Part shown: positions 1-9,539 of the stretch, one piece after another
Numbering within the stretch: position 1 is the stretch's first letter
Layout: the number at the start of each line of letters is the position of its first letter
Source of the DNA: Clostridia bacterium
GTDB lineage: Bacteria > Bacillota > Clostridia > CAKSNL01 > HGM11501
DNA length: 64,000 bases
Assembly: GCA_045545475.1 (NCBI GenBank)
Contig: JAZQAZ010000030.1
Coordinates: 87,764 to 151,763 of the forward strand
Direction of reading: 5' to 3'
The notes under the pieces: generated by a model
What the model saw: only the letters and a program-made list of their open reading frames with translations
Databases searched by the model: none
Told to the model about the DNA's origin: nothing
Made by a program: the position numbers and the translations under genes

Positions 1-385
1 CACAATGAAATATACTGCAGATATAAGTGCTGGTATAGATATGTCAAAGGTCGAAATTAAAAATGACGATATAGACCATGAAAATAAGAAAATAATTGTA
101 GAGATTCCAAAAGCCATTGTATTCAAACCAAATGTTTATCATGGCGATAAATACATAAAATTCTATGACGAAGAATTTGCTTTATTTAATGTCAATGAGA
201 AAGAAGACCTTTCACGAGCATTAGCAATGGCAGAGAAAGATGCTGAAAATGAAGCCGTAGAAAATGGATTACTTGAATTAGCAGACAAGCAATCAGAAAC
301 ATTAATAAAAGGTATTCTTTCAGATGCGGTAAGTCAATTCGGATATACCATAGAAATCAAATATATTGACAAGGAGAAAAAGTGA
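1..385 (+). CDS. DUF4230-like protein, probably 5'-truncated by the window edge
   Basis: KYTADISAGIDMSKV..KIIVEIPKA and C-terminal 'GLLELADKQSETLIKGIL..GYTIEI' fit DUF4230. The frame is open back to the window start and the usual N-terminal TM segment is missing. Confidence 0.65.
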   Translation, partial: TMKYTADISAGIDMSKVEIKNDDIDHENKKIIVEIPKAIVFKPNVYHGDKYIKFYDEEFALFNVNEKEDLSRALAMAEKDAENEAVENGLLELADKQSETLIKGILSDAVSQFGYTIEIKYIDKEKK

Positions 386-570
386 TGCCAAAATCCAAAT
401 GGATATCATTCTTCCTATGCCTGTTCTTAGGCTACTTAGGAATACATAAGTTCTACGAAGACAGAATTTTATTAGGCGTCTTATATATATGTACAGGCGG
501 ATTATTTGGTATTGGTGTTATAGTAGATTTAATAATACTGCTTTTTAAGCCGAATCCGTATTATCCGTAA
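382..570 (+). CDS. TM2 (NINE) domain small membrane protein
   Basis: KSKWISFFLCLFLGYLGIHKFY..GVLYICTGGLFGIGVIVDLI is the TM2 signature; AAGGAG RBS upstream. Confidence 0.85.
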   Translation: MMPKSKWISFFLCLFLGYLGIHKFYEDRILLGVLYICTGGLFGIGVIVDLIILLFKPNPYYP

Positions 571-583
571 AAGCACATATAAT

Positions 584-630
584 AAAATGAGTGTAACTTG
601 CTTGAGAGCAAGTCACACTCATTTTTATTT
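584..630. terminator. Bidirectional intrinsic terminator
   Basis: AAAATGAGTGTAACTTGCT-n-AGCAAGTCACACTCATTTT inverted repeat between convergent genes. Confidence 0.8.
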
Positions 631-2562
631 TACAAGATTTATTACAGCTGCTTTATATCCCGGAAGTCCATCTATTATCACCTTGTTACCTTCTAAACTT
701 GCCGAAACGCCGATGGCTTCAACCTTTGAATATTCGCCGTCCAGGAGTATTTCAGAATCAATTATCTCATCCGTATTCATATTAAAGAGAGCAACGGAAA
801 GCTCTTTTTCGTCCTTACTTTTTGCCTGAATGGTATAAAGATAGGGATTTTTAAGGCAGCAGGCAGGAATCTTTTTTCCGCAAAGCTCCTCTATCACTTT
901 ATAAAGCTGTGCCTGACGGTAGTAATTTTTGGAATAGTTTACATTATCTCCCGATGAAAACCCCCAAAGGCTCGAAAGGGCGTTATAGCAAAGCACATAG
1001 TATTTTATACCGTCTTCGCCACTATATATATAGCTTCCCGGAGTGTCATCCGGCATAAATTTTGTTAATACTTTCGCTTCCTTCCTGCATTCTACCTTGC
1101 AGGTTGAAACCTTTTTAAGGCCCGTTATGGTGTCTTTTGCTTCGGGATAGTATTCGCCTTCAAAGCCTCTTCCCTCATAGCTTATAAGACCTGTATCAAA
1201 ACCTCGCTCATTTAGCCTTAAAGCACCCTGAATGTCCACAATAACTCCGTTTTTCATATCCTCTTTCTTTATATAACGTGCATTTTCCCCAAAGGCAACA
1301 ATCGGGTAGTCACTACCTTCAAAGACTGTGGGAATGCCGTTTTCCGCAAAGAAACGACCGCCTGAGGTAAAGCTCATTTTTTCAAAATTTCCGTGGCAGA
1401 AAAAGTCAGGAGCCATTTTTGATATGTCAAAGGCGGCAACCTGATGCATTTCTTCAAAAATGCTTACGCCCACACATTTTTTATCCTTGAAGAAACGCCT
1501 TATTCCTTCTCTCAGCGGATTATTTCTTGCGTGGCGTGCCACATAGCCCATTTCATAATTTACCGGTCTTGTATAGTCAAACATATATTTAAGGACACCA
1601 TCTAAATCCCCCGATGTCATAAGCGCCAGGTCGAAAAGCTCAAGATTGGCAGAACCGCACTTGTCCGTGTATCTGGGACGTGGGTAAACATCGCCCTCGG
1701 CAAATACCTCTATTCCCCCTTTCCTGCACCAGGAAGCCTGCATACGGGTGTTTTCTATCTGCGATGTAACACGGAGTGAATTGTTGTGATAAGGCGCTCC
1801 GAAGGTTCGTACGAATGGCTCGGTATTTCCTGCAAACGCCCTTGAAAGCTCCATTACATCCGTACCGGAATAATCCCAGGTGTCCGGGGTTGTGCAAAAG
1901 CCCATTCTTATTTCAGGGTTCACCTTGTCAAGTGCCTTTCTCATTCTTCTTGCGAAATTCAGCATACTTTCACTCTGAACTTCCATCCAGAGCTTGCGGT
2001 TATTCTGATTTTCCCTTGAAAAGATGAAAGCTGCAATTTCCTCTCTCGGTATAAACTTACCGATTTTTTCGGAAAACATTTTAAGATGATGATCACAGCA
2101 GCAAGCGGTATAAAGACTTCCCCTGAAATTAAGTCGGAAATCGTCGTCGAACATTATTATATCGGGACTTAATTTTCCAACCAGGGTAACCACTTTTTCA
2201 AAGTGAGTTAAAAACTTTTCAGAAAGCGGGCAAAAAACGCCGTTTTTCACATCGCCGTTTGAATCTTTAATAAGGTCAAAATTATGAATCAGCCTTACTT
2301 CACCAAACTCGTAACTTAAGGTAGAGCCGTGACCGATTGAGCCCATCCAGACGCCCACCTCAAAGCCTTCCTTTTTAAGCTTGTCTATGTAATAGGCTCC
2401 CTTTTCGGTGTCGGAAAAAAATTCGAAATTAGTCTGAGTGGGAGGATTAAGTCCGCACACGAAAACACGCTCTACCCCTGCCTTTTTAAACTCCTCTAAA
2501 AATATAGGGTAGCTATCTTCATTTAAGGTGCCGATACTTACCGGCACTGCAATCTTATACAC
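625..2562 (-). CDS. Cytoplasmic uncharacterised protein, possibly a GH42/GH151-like TIM-barrel glycoside hydrolase
   Basis: 655-aa ORF; likely GTG start at 2562 behind AAAGGAG. GFEVGVW, FCPLS, DIIMFDDDFR, CCCDHH and RKALDKVNPEIRMG resemble clan-A-type GH barrels with a Cys cluster. No signal peptide. Confidence 0.5.
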   Translation of the reverse strand: MYKIAVPVSIGTLNEDSYPIFLEEFKKAGVERVFVCGLNPPTQTNFEFFSDTEKGAYYIDKLKKEGFEVGVWMGSIGHGSTLSYEFGEVRLIHNFDLIKDSNGDVKNGVFCPLSEKFLTHFEKVVTLVGKLSPDIIMFDDDFRLNFRGSLYTACCCDHHLKMFSEKIGKFIPREEIAAFIFSRENQNNRKLWMEVQSESMLNFARRMRKALDKVNPEIRMGFCTTPDTWDYSGTDVMELSRAFAGNTEPFVRTFGAPYHNNSLRVTSQIENTRMQASWCRKGGIEVFAEGDVYPRPRYTDKCGSANLELFDLALMTSGDLDGVLKYMFDYTRPVNYEMGYVARHARNNPLREGIRRFFKDKKCVGVSIFEEMHQVAAFDISKMAPDFFCHGNFEKMSFTSGGRFFAENGIPTVFEGSDYPIVAFGENARYIKKEDMKNGVIVDIQGALRLNERGFDTGLISYEGRGFEGEYYPEAKDTITGLKKVSTCKVECRKEAKVLTKFMPDDTPGSYIYSGEDGIKYYVLCYNALSSLWGFSSGDNVNYSKNYYRQAQLYKVIEELCGKKIPACCLKNPYLYTIQAKSKDEKELSVALFNMNTDEIIDSEILLDGEYSKVEAIGVSASLEGNKVIIDGLPGYKAAVINLVK

Positions 2563-2582
2563 AAAAACCACTCCTTTGCCAT

Positions 2583-2611
2583 ATATTAACATAGAAAAAA
2601 ATCGGCGTCAA
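2583..2611 (-). promoter_or_regulatory. sigma-A promoter
   Basis: TTGACG-17bp-TAATAT with a TG extension on the minus strand. Confidence 0.55.
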
Positions 2612-2687
2612 GGAATATACTGCTATTTTTTAGCACTATATTACACCTTTACAAGAGATAGGAAAAATCTTCCGGGCAAAACATACA

Positions 2688-2719
2688 TTAAGCCGAGGAG
2701 TTTTGACTCCTCGGCTTAA
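2688..2719 (-). terminator. Hairpin terminator after cassette 1
   Basis: TTAAGCCGAGGAGT/ACTCCTCGGCTTAA perfect inverted repeat. Confidence 0.7.
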
Positions 2720-2731
2720 ATATGATTACAT

Positions 2732-5668
2732 TTATCTTGTAATTGTTATTTCCCTTGTCTCTCCGTTCCACTCTACGTTATAGCCAAGCTGTTCTGATAC
2801 GAATCTTACGGGGATGAAGGTTCTTGAATCCTTTATTACAGGCACCGTTCTTAAGGTGTAACGGATAAGCCCGTAGGAGGGATCATTTACATATACAAGC
2901 TTATAGCCAATCTGAAGTGTAAGGTCAATATTCTCTCCCTTAACTCCGATGGTCTGATTGTCGCCGTTCCAGGAAATTTCAGCACCCATAAGCTCTAAAA
3001 GTCCTCTTAAGGGAATTAATGTTGTGCCGTTTACGATGTAGGGTGCAACATCGATGGTCTTTGTCTTATCTTCTCCGTTTTCCCTGTACTTAATCTCGTT
3101 GGAGCCAACGGTAAGAACATACTTCTCGCCGTCATCTTCACCCTCGTACTGATAGAAGTCAAGCTCCGCTACACTTACACGCTTTGCGAAATATTCGTGC
3201 ACGGTAAACTCGATATATCTTATCTTCATCTCTTCGGGCAGGGGGATTTTCTTTGTAGAAAGATCCTTATCCATCACCATATCTTCTGCAACGGGAATCC
3301 AGTTTTCGTTGTCCGCACTTACCCACACACTTACCTTGAGCCAGCAGCCGTGAAAGTCATTGGTGTCACGGGGAGTATAGGTAATTTCCTTAACCCTTTG
3401 TACCTTTTTCATATCAACAACGAAAATTACCTCTTCACCGGTTTCAAGCTGTTCTGTCTGCCAGAAGGATTTAACGGTTCCGTCAAGTGCCTTGTCGGGA
3501 GTAGAGGTAGCCCAGCTTTCACCCTCATAGCTTATATCAAATAGCTTTTTATCAATTTTATATAAGACTCCCGCTTTTTCAATTTCCCTGAATCTTTCAT
3601 AGTCCACGGTTTCAAAGTCGGGATTTTCGCCAAGAACATTAATTTCCGCCAATGTGCCGTAGCCGCCCACCGCAGAGGTTATTTCGACTCTTATCTTCGA
3701 TGCCTTTATGTTTGAAAGGAAGAAGATTTCCTTATCGCCCACGCTCTGCTCAAAAGAAACATTTTCCTTTATGAGCTTAAGCTCATCCCCGCTTTTTTCT
3801 GCCGCATAGAGGTTTGCAACGATAAAGTTTCCGTTCAACGAATCCTGTCTGGGTGTTAAGTTAACACCTGATATAGTTTTTACAAGACCGAAGTCGATGT
3901 CTATGTTATAGGGAGGATTGTCATGGCCGACAACTGCACCGTCCTTCGCCTCATACTTTGAGTGCCAGTAGGTTTTCTTGTCTCCGTCAAGGGCAAGCTG
4001 AATGGTCTGGTTTCCCATTGTGGAGTTAACCTTAATATCCCAGGTTCCTCTTGCAAGATAAGGAATGCCTGTTTTCGACTCGCCTTCATAAATGGCCGTA
4101 TTATCTGCCTTTCCGTCCTTTAAGAATTCAATTTCAGCGGCAGAGCCGAAGTTTGCATTTGCTGCTGTTATTTCAATTTCGATAACTTTTACTTTTTTAT
4201 TTCCCCAGGTTGCACTTTCGGGCTTGTTGTTTTTGACAACAGACGTATAATTTGTAAAGTTTCCTACATAAATTCTCTCAAAGTTTACACCGTCGGCAGA
4301 ACCCTTTATGTTGTAGGATGAAATTGTTCCTACCGCGTTATCGATTCTGGGTGTGTAAATCCAGCCCGACACGTCAATAGCCTCGGGGAATTCAACCCTT
4401 ATGGTGAAAGGAAGAGGGTCTCTTGATGTAATGGTCGACCCTTCAGCAGTATACTTTGAGTGCCAGTAGGTTGATTTGTCGCCGTCAAATGCCTTGGCAA
4501 CAGGAGTAAATTCGCTGGATGCGGTAATTTTCCAGTCGGCCCCTTTGGGGATTTTAGTACCCGAATAAGATGCCTCGGCATCTTCTATGCTTCCGCCTTT
4601 TTTGGTGTAAAACTCAATTTCAGCCGCTGTGCCGTATCCTGAAATTGATGTGGTTATTTCAATTTTTATCGCCTTCATACTTGTCTTCGGGAAGAAGGCA
4701 TCCGTAGGCTTTGCATCCTTTGCGGGGCCTTCCACATAGGGGAATTTGCCTGTATAAATTTTTTCAAAATTCACTCCGTCCTTAGATGCATAAATGTTGT
4801 AAGTCTTTGCTGTTCCTGTACCATTATCGGTTCTCGGGGTATAACGCCAGCCTTCGATTTCCACGGTTTTGCCAAAGTCAACCGTTATGGTGTGGGGGCA
4901 TTCTTCCTTGCTTACGATTTTTGTTCCCTCTGCCTTGTATGCTGAATGCCAGTAAGTTGACTTGTCACCGTCAAAAGCCTTTGATGCGGCGTTTCCGGTG
5001 CCGTAAGCACTTGATGCACTTATATTCCAGGAACCGTCGTTTTTAAGAAGTTCTCCTGCAAGAGCTGTGCTTGCAGCAGGTGTTTCAGCCTTGGGTGCAG
5101 TTTCCTGTCCCTTAAAGGCTTCGCCGTTTTCGATTGCAGTTCCGCTTGTTCCCTTTAAGAACTCAATCTCCGCCGCAGTTCCGTAGCCTCCACGGCTATT
5201 TGTTACCTCGATTTTTATGGCTTTCATGGTGTATGCACCCCAGGAAGCCTCGGAAGGAGTAAACTCCGCCTTTGTCTTGGTTGCATAATCAAAGGTACCG
5301 GTAAATATTTTATTGAAGTTTTCTCCGTCCTTTGAAGCATAGATATTATACGCTAAAACCGTTCCTGTTTCATTATCCTTACGAGGTGTGTAACGCCAGC
5401 CGGAAATTTCGGTATCCTTGCCGAAATTAATTGTGATAACGTGGGGGCATTCGTCGTGGCTTAAAATTTTGCCGCCTTCTGCCTTATAGTTTGAGTGCCA
5501 ATTGGTGGATAAATCACCGTCGAAAGCATTTTTAATGCTTGTGCCTGTCTGGCTTGTAACAGAAATTTCCCAGGAGGAATCATAGGGAACAGCTTCCGAT
5601 GCACTTACAGCCATGCACATGGACATAACCATAAGAAGAGAAAGTAAAATTGCAAATATTTTCTTCAT
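2732..5668 (-). CDS. Secreted protein with five F5/8 type C (CBM32-like) domains and a C-terminal copper amine oxidase N-terminal-like domain (cassette 1 binding partner)
   Basis: Signal peptide MKKIFAILLSLL..ASA; five repeats of AFDG..T.W(H/Q)..Y.PR..AE(I/L); C-terminal APYIVNGTTLIPLRGLLE..RTFIPVRFVSEQLGYNVEW. Confidence 0.85.
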   Translation of the reverse strand: MKKIFAILLSLLMVMSMCMAVSASEAVPYDSSWEISVTSQTGTSIKNAFDGDLSTNWHSNYKAEGGKILSHDECPHVITINFGKDTEISGWRYTPRKDNETGTVLAYNIYASKDGENFNKIFTGTFDYATKTKAEFTPSEASWGAYTMKAIKIEVTNSRGGYGTAAEIEFLKGTSGTAIENGEAFKGQETAPKAETPAASTALAGELLKNDGSWNISASSAYGTGNAASKAFDGDKSTYWHSAYKAEGTKIVSKEECPHTITVDFGKTVEIEGWRYTPRTDNGTGTAKTYNIYASKDGVNFEKIYTGKFPYVEGPAKDAKPTDAFFPKTSMKAIKIEITTSISGYGTAAEIEFYTKKGGSIEDAEASYSGTKIPKGADWKITASSEFTPVAKAFDGDKSTYWHSKYTAEGSTITSRDPLPFTIRVEFPEAIDVSGWIYTPRIDNAVGTISSYNIKGSADGVNFERIYVGNFTNYTSVVKNNKPESATWGNKKVKVIEIEITAANANFGSAAEIEFLKDGKADNTAIYEGESKTGIPYLARGTWDIKVNSTMGNQTIQLALDGDKKTYWHSKYEAKDGAVVGHDNPPYNIDIDFGLVKTISGVNLTPRQDSLNGNFIVANLYAAEKSGDELKLIKENVSFEQSVGDKEIFFLSNIKASKIRVEITSAVGGYGTLAEINVLGENPDFETVDYERFREIEKAGVLYKIDKKLFDISYEGESWATSTPDKALDGTVKSFWQTEQLETGEEVIFVVDMKKVQRVKEITYTPRDTNDFHGCWLKVSVWVSADNENWIPVAEDMVMDKDLSTKKIPLPEEMKIRYIEFTVHEYFAKRVSVAELDFYQYEGEDDGEKYVLTVGSNEIKYRENGEDKTKTIDVAPYIVNGTTLIPLRGLLELMGAEISWNGDNQTIGVKGENIDLTLQIGYKLVYVNDPSYGLIRYTLRTVPVIKDSRTFIPVRFVSEQLGYNVEWNGETREITITR

Positions 5669-5683
5669 TATCTCATCCTCCTT

Positions 5684-8440
5684 TTAGTTTAAGTGGGAAA
5701 GTACACTGTTTACGGTAGCTTCAGGTGCACCTGACTTACTAACAGTGTAAATTCCGTTTCCGAGATTCTTTACTTCCCAACCGTAACAATCGGAAATAAG
5801 TGTCAAGGGAATCATAAATCTTCCGTTTTCGTAAACAACTGGAGCTGTCAGCGTTTTTGCAACACCGTTTACTCTTACCTCATTTGAGCCAAGAACGCAA
5901 TAAGTAAAGGTGTTGTTGATAATTTCTTTCTTATCCTCGCTCAAATCGTAATGATAGGTGTAGAAGGTGTTGTTCGCACTGTCATACTCTGTCTTGGAAT
6001 GACCGTATTCCATAATTTCATTATACGCATCCTCGGGGACATAGAGCGTACCGTTCATTTCAACGGGAGCTACTCTTATGTCGGATTCTAAAGTATATCT
6101 CTTTGCTCCGCAGGCGATTAACTTTGGACTTCCAGCCTTTAATACGGATGTGGATGTTTCCTTAAGTGCCTTTCTGTCTGCATCGGCTAATGCCGTCTGT
6201 TCAATTTCGGTAAAGAGATAGTTAAGCTTTCCGTAAGGAGCAACGCTGCCGTCTGAATAGAAGTTTAAGTAATCGCTCGATACATCAACAGAGTCAGACC
6301 ACTTAAGCTCCAAGTCAACCACGCCTGTTTCACCGATTACGCTTCTGGGAATTGCAAGCTGCATCATATTACCCTTTATTGTGTAATTTACATTTGCAAC
6401 ATTTGTTTTTCCAAAGGGTCCGTCGCCAAACTTTGATACAACGCCCTTTTCTATGATATAGTCATAGCCTTCCCAGCCTGTTACATAGTTTCTGTCGGTA
6501 TTTAAGTAGAGCGTCATAAAGTTTTCGGAATCACGGATATCCTTTTCACACTCTGCCATAAAGTAGATGTTATCATTGTCAAAGGTTGCCTTTGCACCCT
6601 TTATGGAGTTTACAACCTTTGTGGTATATTCCCATCTTTCTCCGCTCTTGCCGTATTTTCCGTAGCTTGTTACGTTTCTTTCATAGTCCTGATAGGAATT
6701 TACGAAGTAAGGACCAACCTCTGCCCACTGACCTGCATCACCCGCAAGGTCAATGGTCTTCATACCGGAGGCAACAGGTGCCTTTCTTGCACCCTTATAC
6801 TTTCTTACAAGGTCGATTAACATATTGTAGCAATCGTCCTTTAAGGGACCGCGGTTAGGCTCAAAGTCACGGCTGTTTTCATAGTCGAAAAGGTCAACAA
6901 AAGCGTTTTTGTTTCTGCCGTAGGATTCAAAGCGGATTGCATCCCACTCGTTCCATCCGTCAATCATCATAAATTCGGGATCGGCGTCAAGCGCAAATGC
7001 CGCCTGCTCACGGAAGAAGTATGCTTCTCTCATACCCTTTTCGGTATAATCTTCACCGAAGGCTTCGGAAAACGCTCTTCCCTTGCAGTATTCGGAAGAA
7101 AATGCACCAACCTCTTTCTGTCCGTAAATTGTGGACTGATTAATTCCTACGCCCACAACGACATAGCCCACTCTGCCCGTTTCGGGATTTACGTCACGGA
7201 GAGTCTGGGGGAAGTTTTCAAGCCACATCCACTCATCTTTCTTTGCTTCGCCGTTTCTCGGACCGTTGTACTTAACATTGAAAAGAGAATCTATTTCCGT
7301 AAAGAGTGCCTTTTCTGCATCTGTCTTCATAGCGGACTCATAGTTTTTATAATCCGCCCAGCCGTAAAGGAGCGGCGCGCCGTCCTTATAGTACCAGATA
7401 TCGGTATAGTCGTTTTCAACAAAGCAGGTATAGTAAAGTGCCGAAACCGCTCTTGCCGCATTGTCCGGGGAAACTCCGAGATTAAGCATAACACAGAGTT
7501 TTGGTGCGTCAACGCCCGTAGATTTAGCATCACGAAGTGCTTGTGCCAAAGTGTGAATTGTTGTCTGATATGTATTTCCGCCGTTTGAATAGTCAAGGAA
7601 CAAGGAATCAACCCCTGCTATTGCAAACATTTCCGCGTGCTTACGGTAGGTCCAGTAGTCAAAGGAATCATAAAAGCCGAAAACGGGCTCGCCCCAGAAG
7701 TATTTACCCTGAATATCCCACGCCTTGTGGAAATAATCCTCTCTTGAGCCGGGATTTGCCGCAATGATTTCGGGAATTACTGCCGCGTTTCTGTTGGAAG
7801 AATCCACTCTCCAGTTCCAGTAAAGCATACCAACTTCGCGAAGGCCTTCCTTTACGCCGCCAACCTCTTCGTAGGTGGCAACGGCTCTTCCGAAATTGTC
7901 AACTCCAACCCAGGTATCGGAATAGAGGTCAATAATTTTTGAATCGCCAACCTTTGCGGAGGTCACATCCTTTGTAACCTTTTCTTCCGACAAGGTGATT
8001 TCCTTTATTGCGATATAGTTTGTTGTGCCGTTTCCGTATAAACTGTAAAAATAAAGGTCGTGAACGCCCGTCACAGGCTCGATTGCCGCCTTTACGGTTA
8101 CATCGGTGTTTTCAAAGTCGGGCATTATGGTAAGGTTACCGATAATTTTGCCGTTTTCGGGCGAATCTATCATAATAAGATAGGTGTCACCGTTGTTTCC
8201 GCCGGAAACATATAAGGTGTTGTTAAGCCTCATACTTACGGAATTCATTCCCGTAAGGTCAACGCCCTTAAATCCGAAGCTGTCGCCACGGCTAAGCCCC
8301 CTTATAAAAGCGTCATTTGCATCAAAGCTGCCGTTTTTAATTGAAATATCTCCAACCTTTAACGCAGCATCTTTGGCAAAAACACTCATACAGGATAAAA
8401 CCATAATGAGCGAAAGTGCCAGAGCAAGTAGTTTTTTCAT
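5684..8440 (-). CDS. Secreted GH99/GH71-like putative glycosidase: CBM6-like N-domain, TIM barrel, beta-sandwich, amine-oxidase-N-like tail (cassette 1)
   Basis: Signal peptide; FKGVDL..TGVHDLYF (CBM6-like); YWNW..WGEPVFGFY..RKHAEMFAIAGVD..GWNEW..RDFEP; C-terminal NGTLYVP / RFMIPLTLISDCYGWEV. Confidence 0.65.
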   Translation of the reverse strand: MKKLLALALSLIMVLSCMSVFAKDAALKVGDISIKNGSFDANDAFIRGLSRGDSFGFKGVDLTGMNSVSMRLNNTLYVSGGNNGDTYLIMIDSPENGKIIGNLTIMPDFENTDVTVKAAIEPVTGVHDLYFYSLYGNGTTNYIAIKEITLSEEKVTKDVTSAKVGDSKIIDLYSDTWVGVDNFGRAVATYEEVGGVKEGLREVGMLYWNWRVDSSNRNAAVIPEIIAANPGSREDYFHKAWDIQGKYFWGEPVFGFYDSFDYWTYRKHAEMFAIAGVDSLFLDYSNGGNTYQTTIHTLAQALRDAKSTGVDAPKLCVMLNLGVSPDNAARAVSALYYTCFVENDYTDIWYYKDGAPLLYGWADYKNYESAMKTDAEKALFTEIDSLFNVKYNGPRNGEAKKDEWMWLENFPQTLRDVNPETGRVGYVVVGVGINQSTIYGQKEVGAFSSEYCKGRAFSEAFGEDYTEKGMREAYFFREQAAFALDADPEFMMIDGWNEWDAIRFESYGRNKNAFVDLFDYENSRDFEPNRGPLKDDCYNMLIDLVRKYKGARKAPVASGMKTIDLAGDAGQWAEVGPYFVNSYQDYERNVTSYGKYGKSGERWEYTTKVVNSIKGAKATFDNDNIYFMAECEKDIRDSENFMTLYLNTDRNYVTGWEGYDYIIEKGVVSKFGDGPFGKTNVANVNYTIKGNMMQLAIPRSVIGETGVVDLELKWSDSVDVSSDYLNFYSDGSVAPYGKLNYLFTEIEQTALADADRKALKETSTSVLKAGSPKLIACGAKRYTLESDIRVAPVEMNGTLYVPEDAYNEIMEYGHSKTEYDSANNTFYTYHYDLSEDKKEIINNTFTYCVLGSNEVRVNGVAKTLTAPVVYENGRFMIPLTLISDCYGWEVKNLGNGIYTVSKSGAPEATVNSVLSHLN

Positions 8441-8455
8441 ATTTGTTTCCTCCTT

Positions 8456-9325
8456 TTACATTTCAAGTATATATAAATTTCCGCAGACGTCGCTGTAGAG
8501 CAGCACTCCATCATGGAAATCTATCATTTCCGCCTCCGCTTCCATTCCGAGGGTACGGAAGTCAAGAAATTCAACTTGCTTTTTCTCCTTTACGTCAATT
8601 ATGCGAAGTGCGGGAAAGTTTACCTTATCCCCCGTAAAGCCTTCGACGGAGTAAATTTTGCCGTCATTAAAGCATCCGCCCTGAATAAAGCGGTGGCGCT
8701 CCGTATCAAAATATTCTTTAATATCTTCTTTTTTCAAGACAACCTTTTTTATGCCGTATTTTTCGTCAATTTCGCCGTCCGTTACCTTTGGCATATCAAA
8801 GGCAAAATATCTTGTTAAATTATCGCCGTCCTTCATGGTGTAGCCGTAATAAAGCTTCCGTTCTCTGTCAATTACAAAATTCCCGTAGGGGCGTATGTCA
8901 CTTCTTTCGCCCGATGATTTCCAGACTTCATCATCTGCAAAATCAATTGTAATCATCTGAAGGAGAGTTGTTTTGAAGGTTTCACCCTCCCGCTCCAATC
9001 TGTATACAAGGCTTGTTCCCTTAAGGGGATTTTCAGAGGCAGCATAGTTATTATATATGTTTGAATATAGCAGCGGAAACTCATCATCGGGCGAATAATA
9101 TTCGCATCCGAAATTAACCGCATTGGAGTGAGGCACTATTTCCTCTGCCCTGTCAAGATAAAAAGATGCAATAGCAGTAAGCTCTTTTGGCTTCTCTGTC
9201 GATTTGTCAACCTTTTTAAGATCATAAACACCGCAGTGTCCCCTGGAGTTAAAGCGGAAAAGAAGGTCAGAGAAGATGGCGCCGTCCTGATCTCCACATA
9301 TTTTTGCAATATGCCTTATTTTCAT
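8456..9325 (-). CDS. Hypothetical cytoplasmic protein, possibly a beta-propeller
   Basis: ATG 9325 behind AGGAGG; QDGAI, HSNAVNF, QGGCF and EAEMIDF motifs in beta-rich repeats. Confidence 0.5.
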   Translation of the reverse strand: MKIRHIAKICGDQDGAIFSDLLFRFNSRGHCGVYDLKKVDKSTEKPKELTAIASFYLDRAEEIVPHSNAVNFGCEYYSPDDEFPLLYSNIYNNYAASENPLKGTSLVYRLEREGETFKTTLLQMITIDFADDEVWKSSGERSDIRPYGNFVIDRERKLYYGYTMKDGDNLTRYFAFDMPKVTDGEIDEKYGIKKVVLKKEDIKEYFDTERHRFIQGGCFNDGKIYSVEGFTGDKVNFPALRIIDVKEKKQVEFLDFRTLGMEAEAEMIDFHDGVLLYSDVCGNLYILEM

Positions 9326-9345
9326 AAAAGACACCTCCTTAATAT

Positions 9346-9374
9346 ATTATAATGGATAACAAAGCCTTTTTCAA
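9346..9374 (-). promoter_or_regulatory. sigma-A promoter of the cassette-1 operon
   Basis: TTGAAA-17bp-TATAAT on the minus strand. Confidence 0.7.
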
Positions 9375-9478
9375 CAGTATTTTTTTGTCCAAAACCGATA
9401 ACTTTTTGTATAAAACGAACATTTGCCGTATACAAAAACTTTTTCCTTTGGCGTATTTAATTTTATGCATATTTTTTA

Positions 9479-9507
9479 TTGAAAACGGCAAAAAAAAGTG
9501 TTATACT
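9479..9507 (+). promoter_or_regulatory. sigma-A promoter of ddh
   Basis: TTGAAA-17bp-TATACT with an extended TG. Confidence 0.7.
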
Positions 9508-9539
9508 TGAAAAAAGCAAATAAGAAAGGGCTGATTTAT

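Noticed and set aside
1-580. AT-rich start of the window as a mobile-island boundary
   Set aside because: The composition shift is visible, but no integrase, att repeat or tRNA is in view to support it.
2732-3130. Annotation of the tail-bearing proteins as copper amine oxidases
   Set aside because: Only the small N-terminal stalk-like domain is present; there is no catalytic amine oxidase domain.
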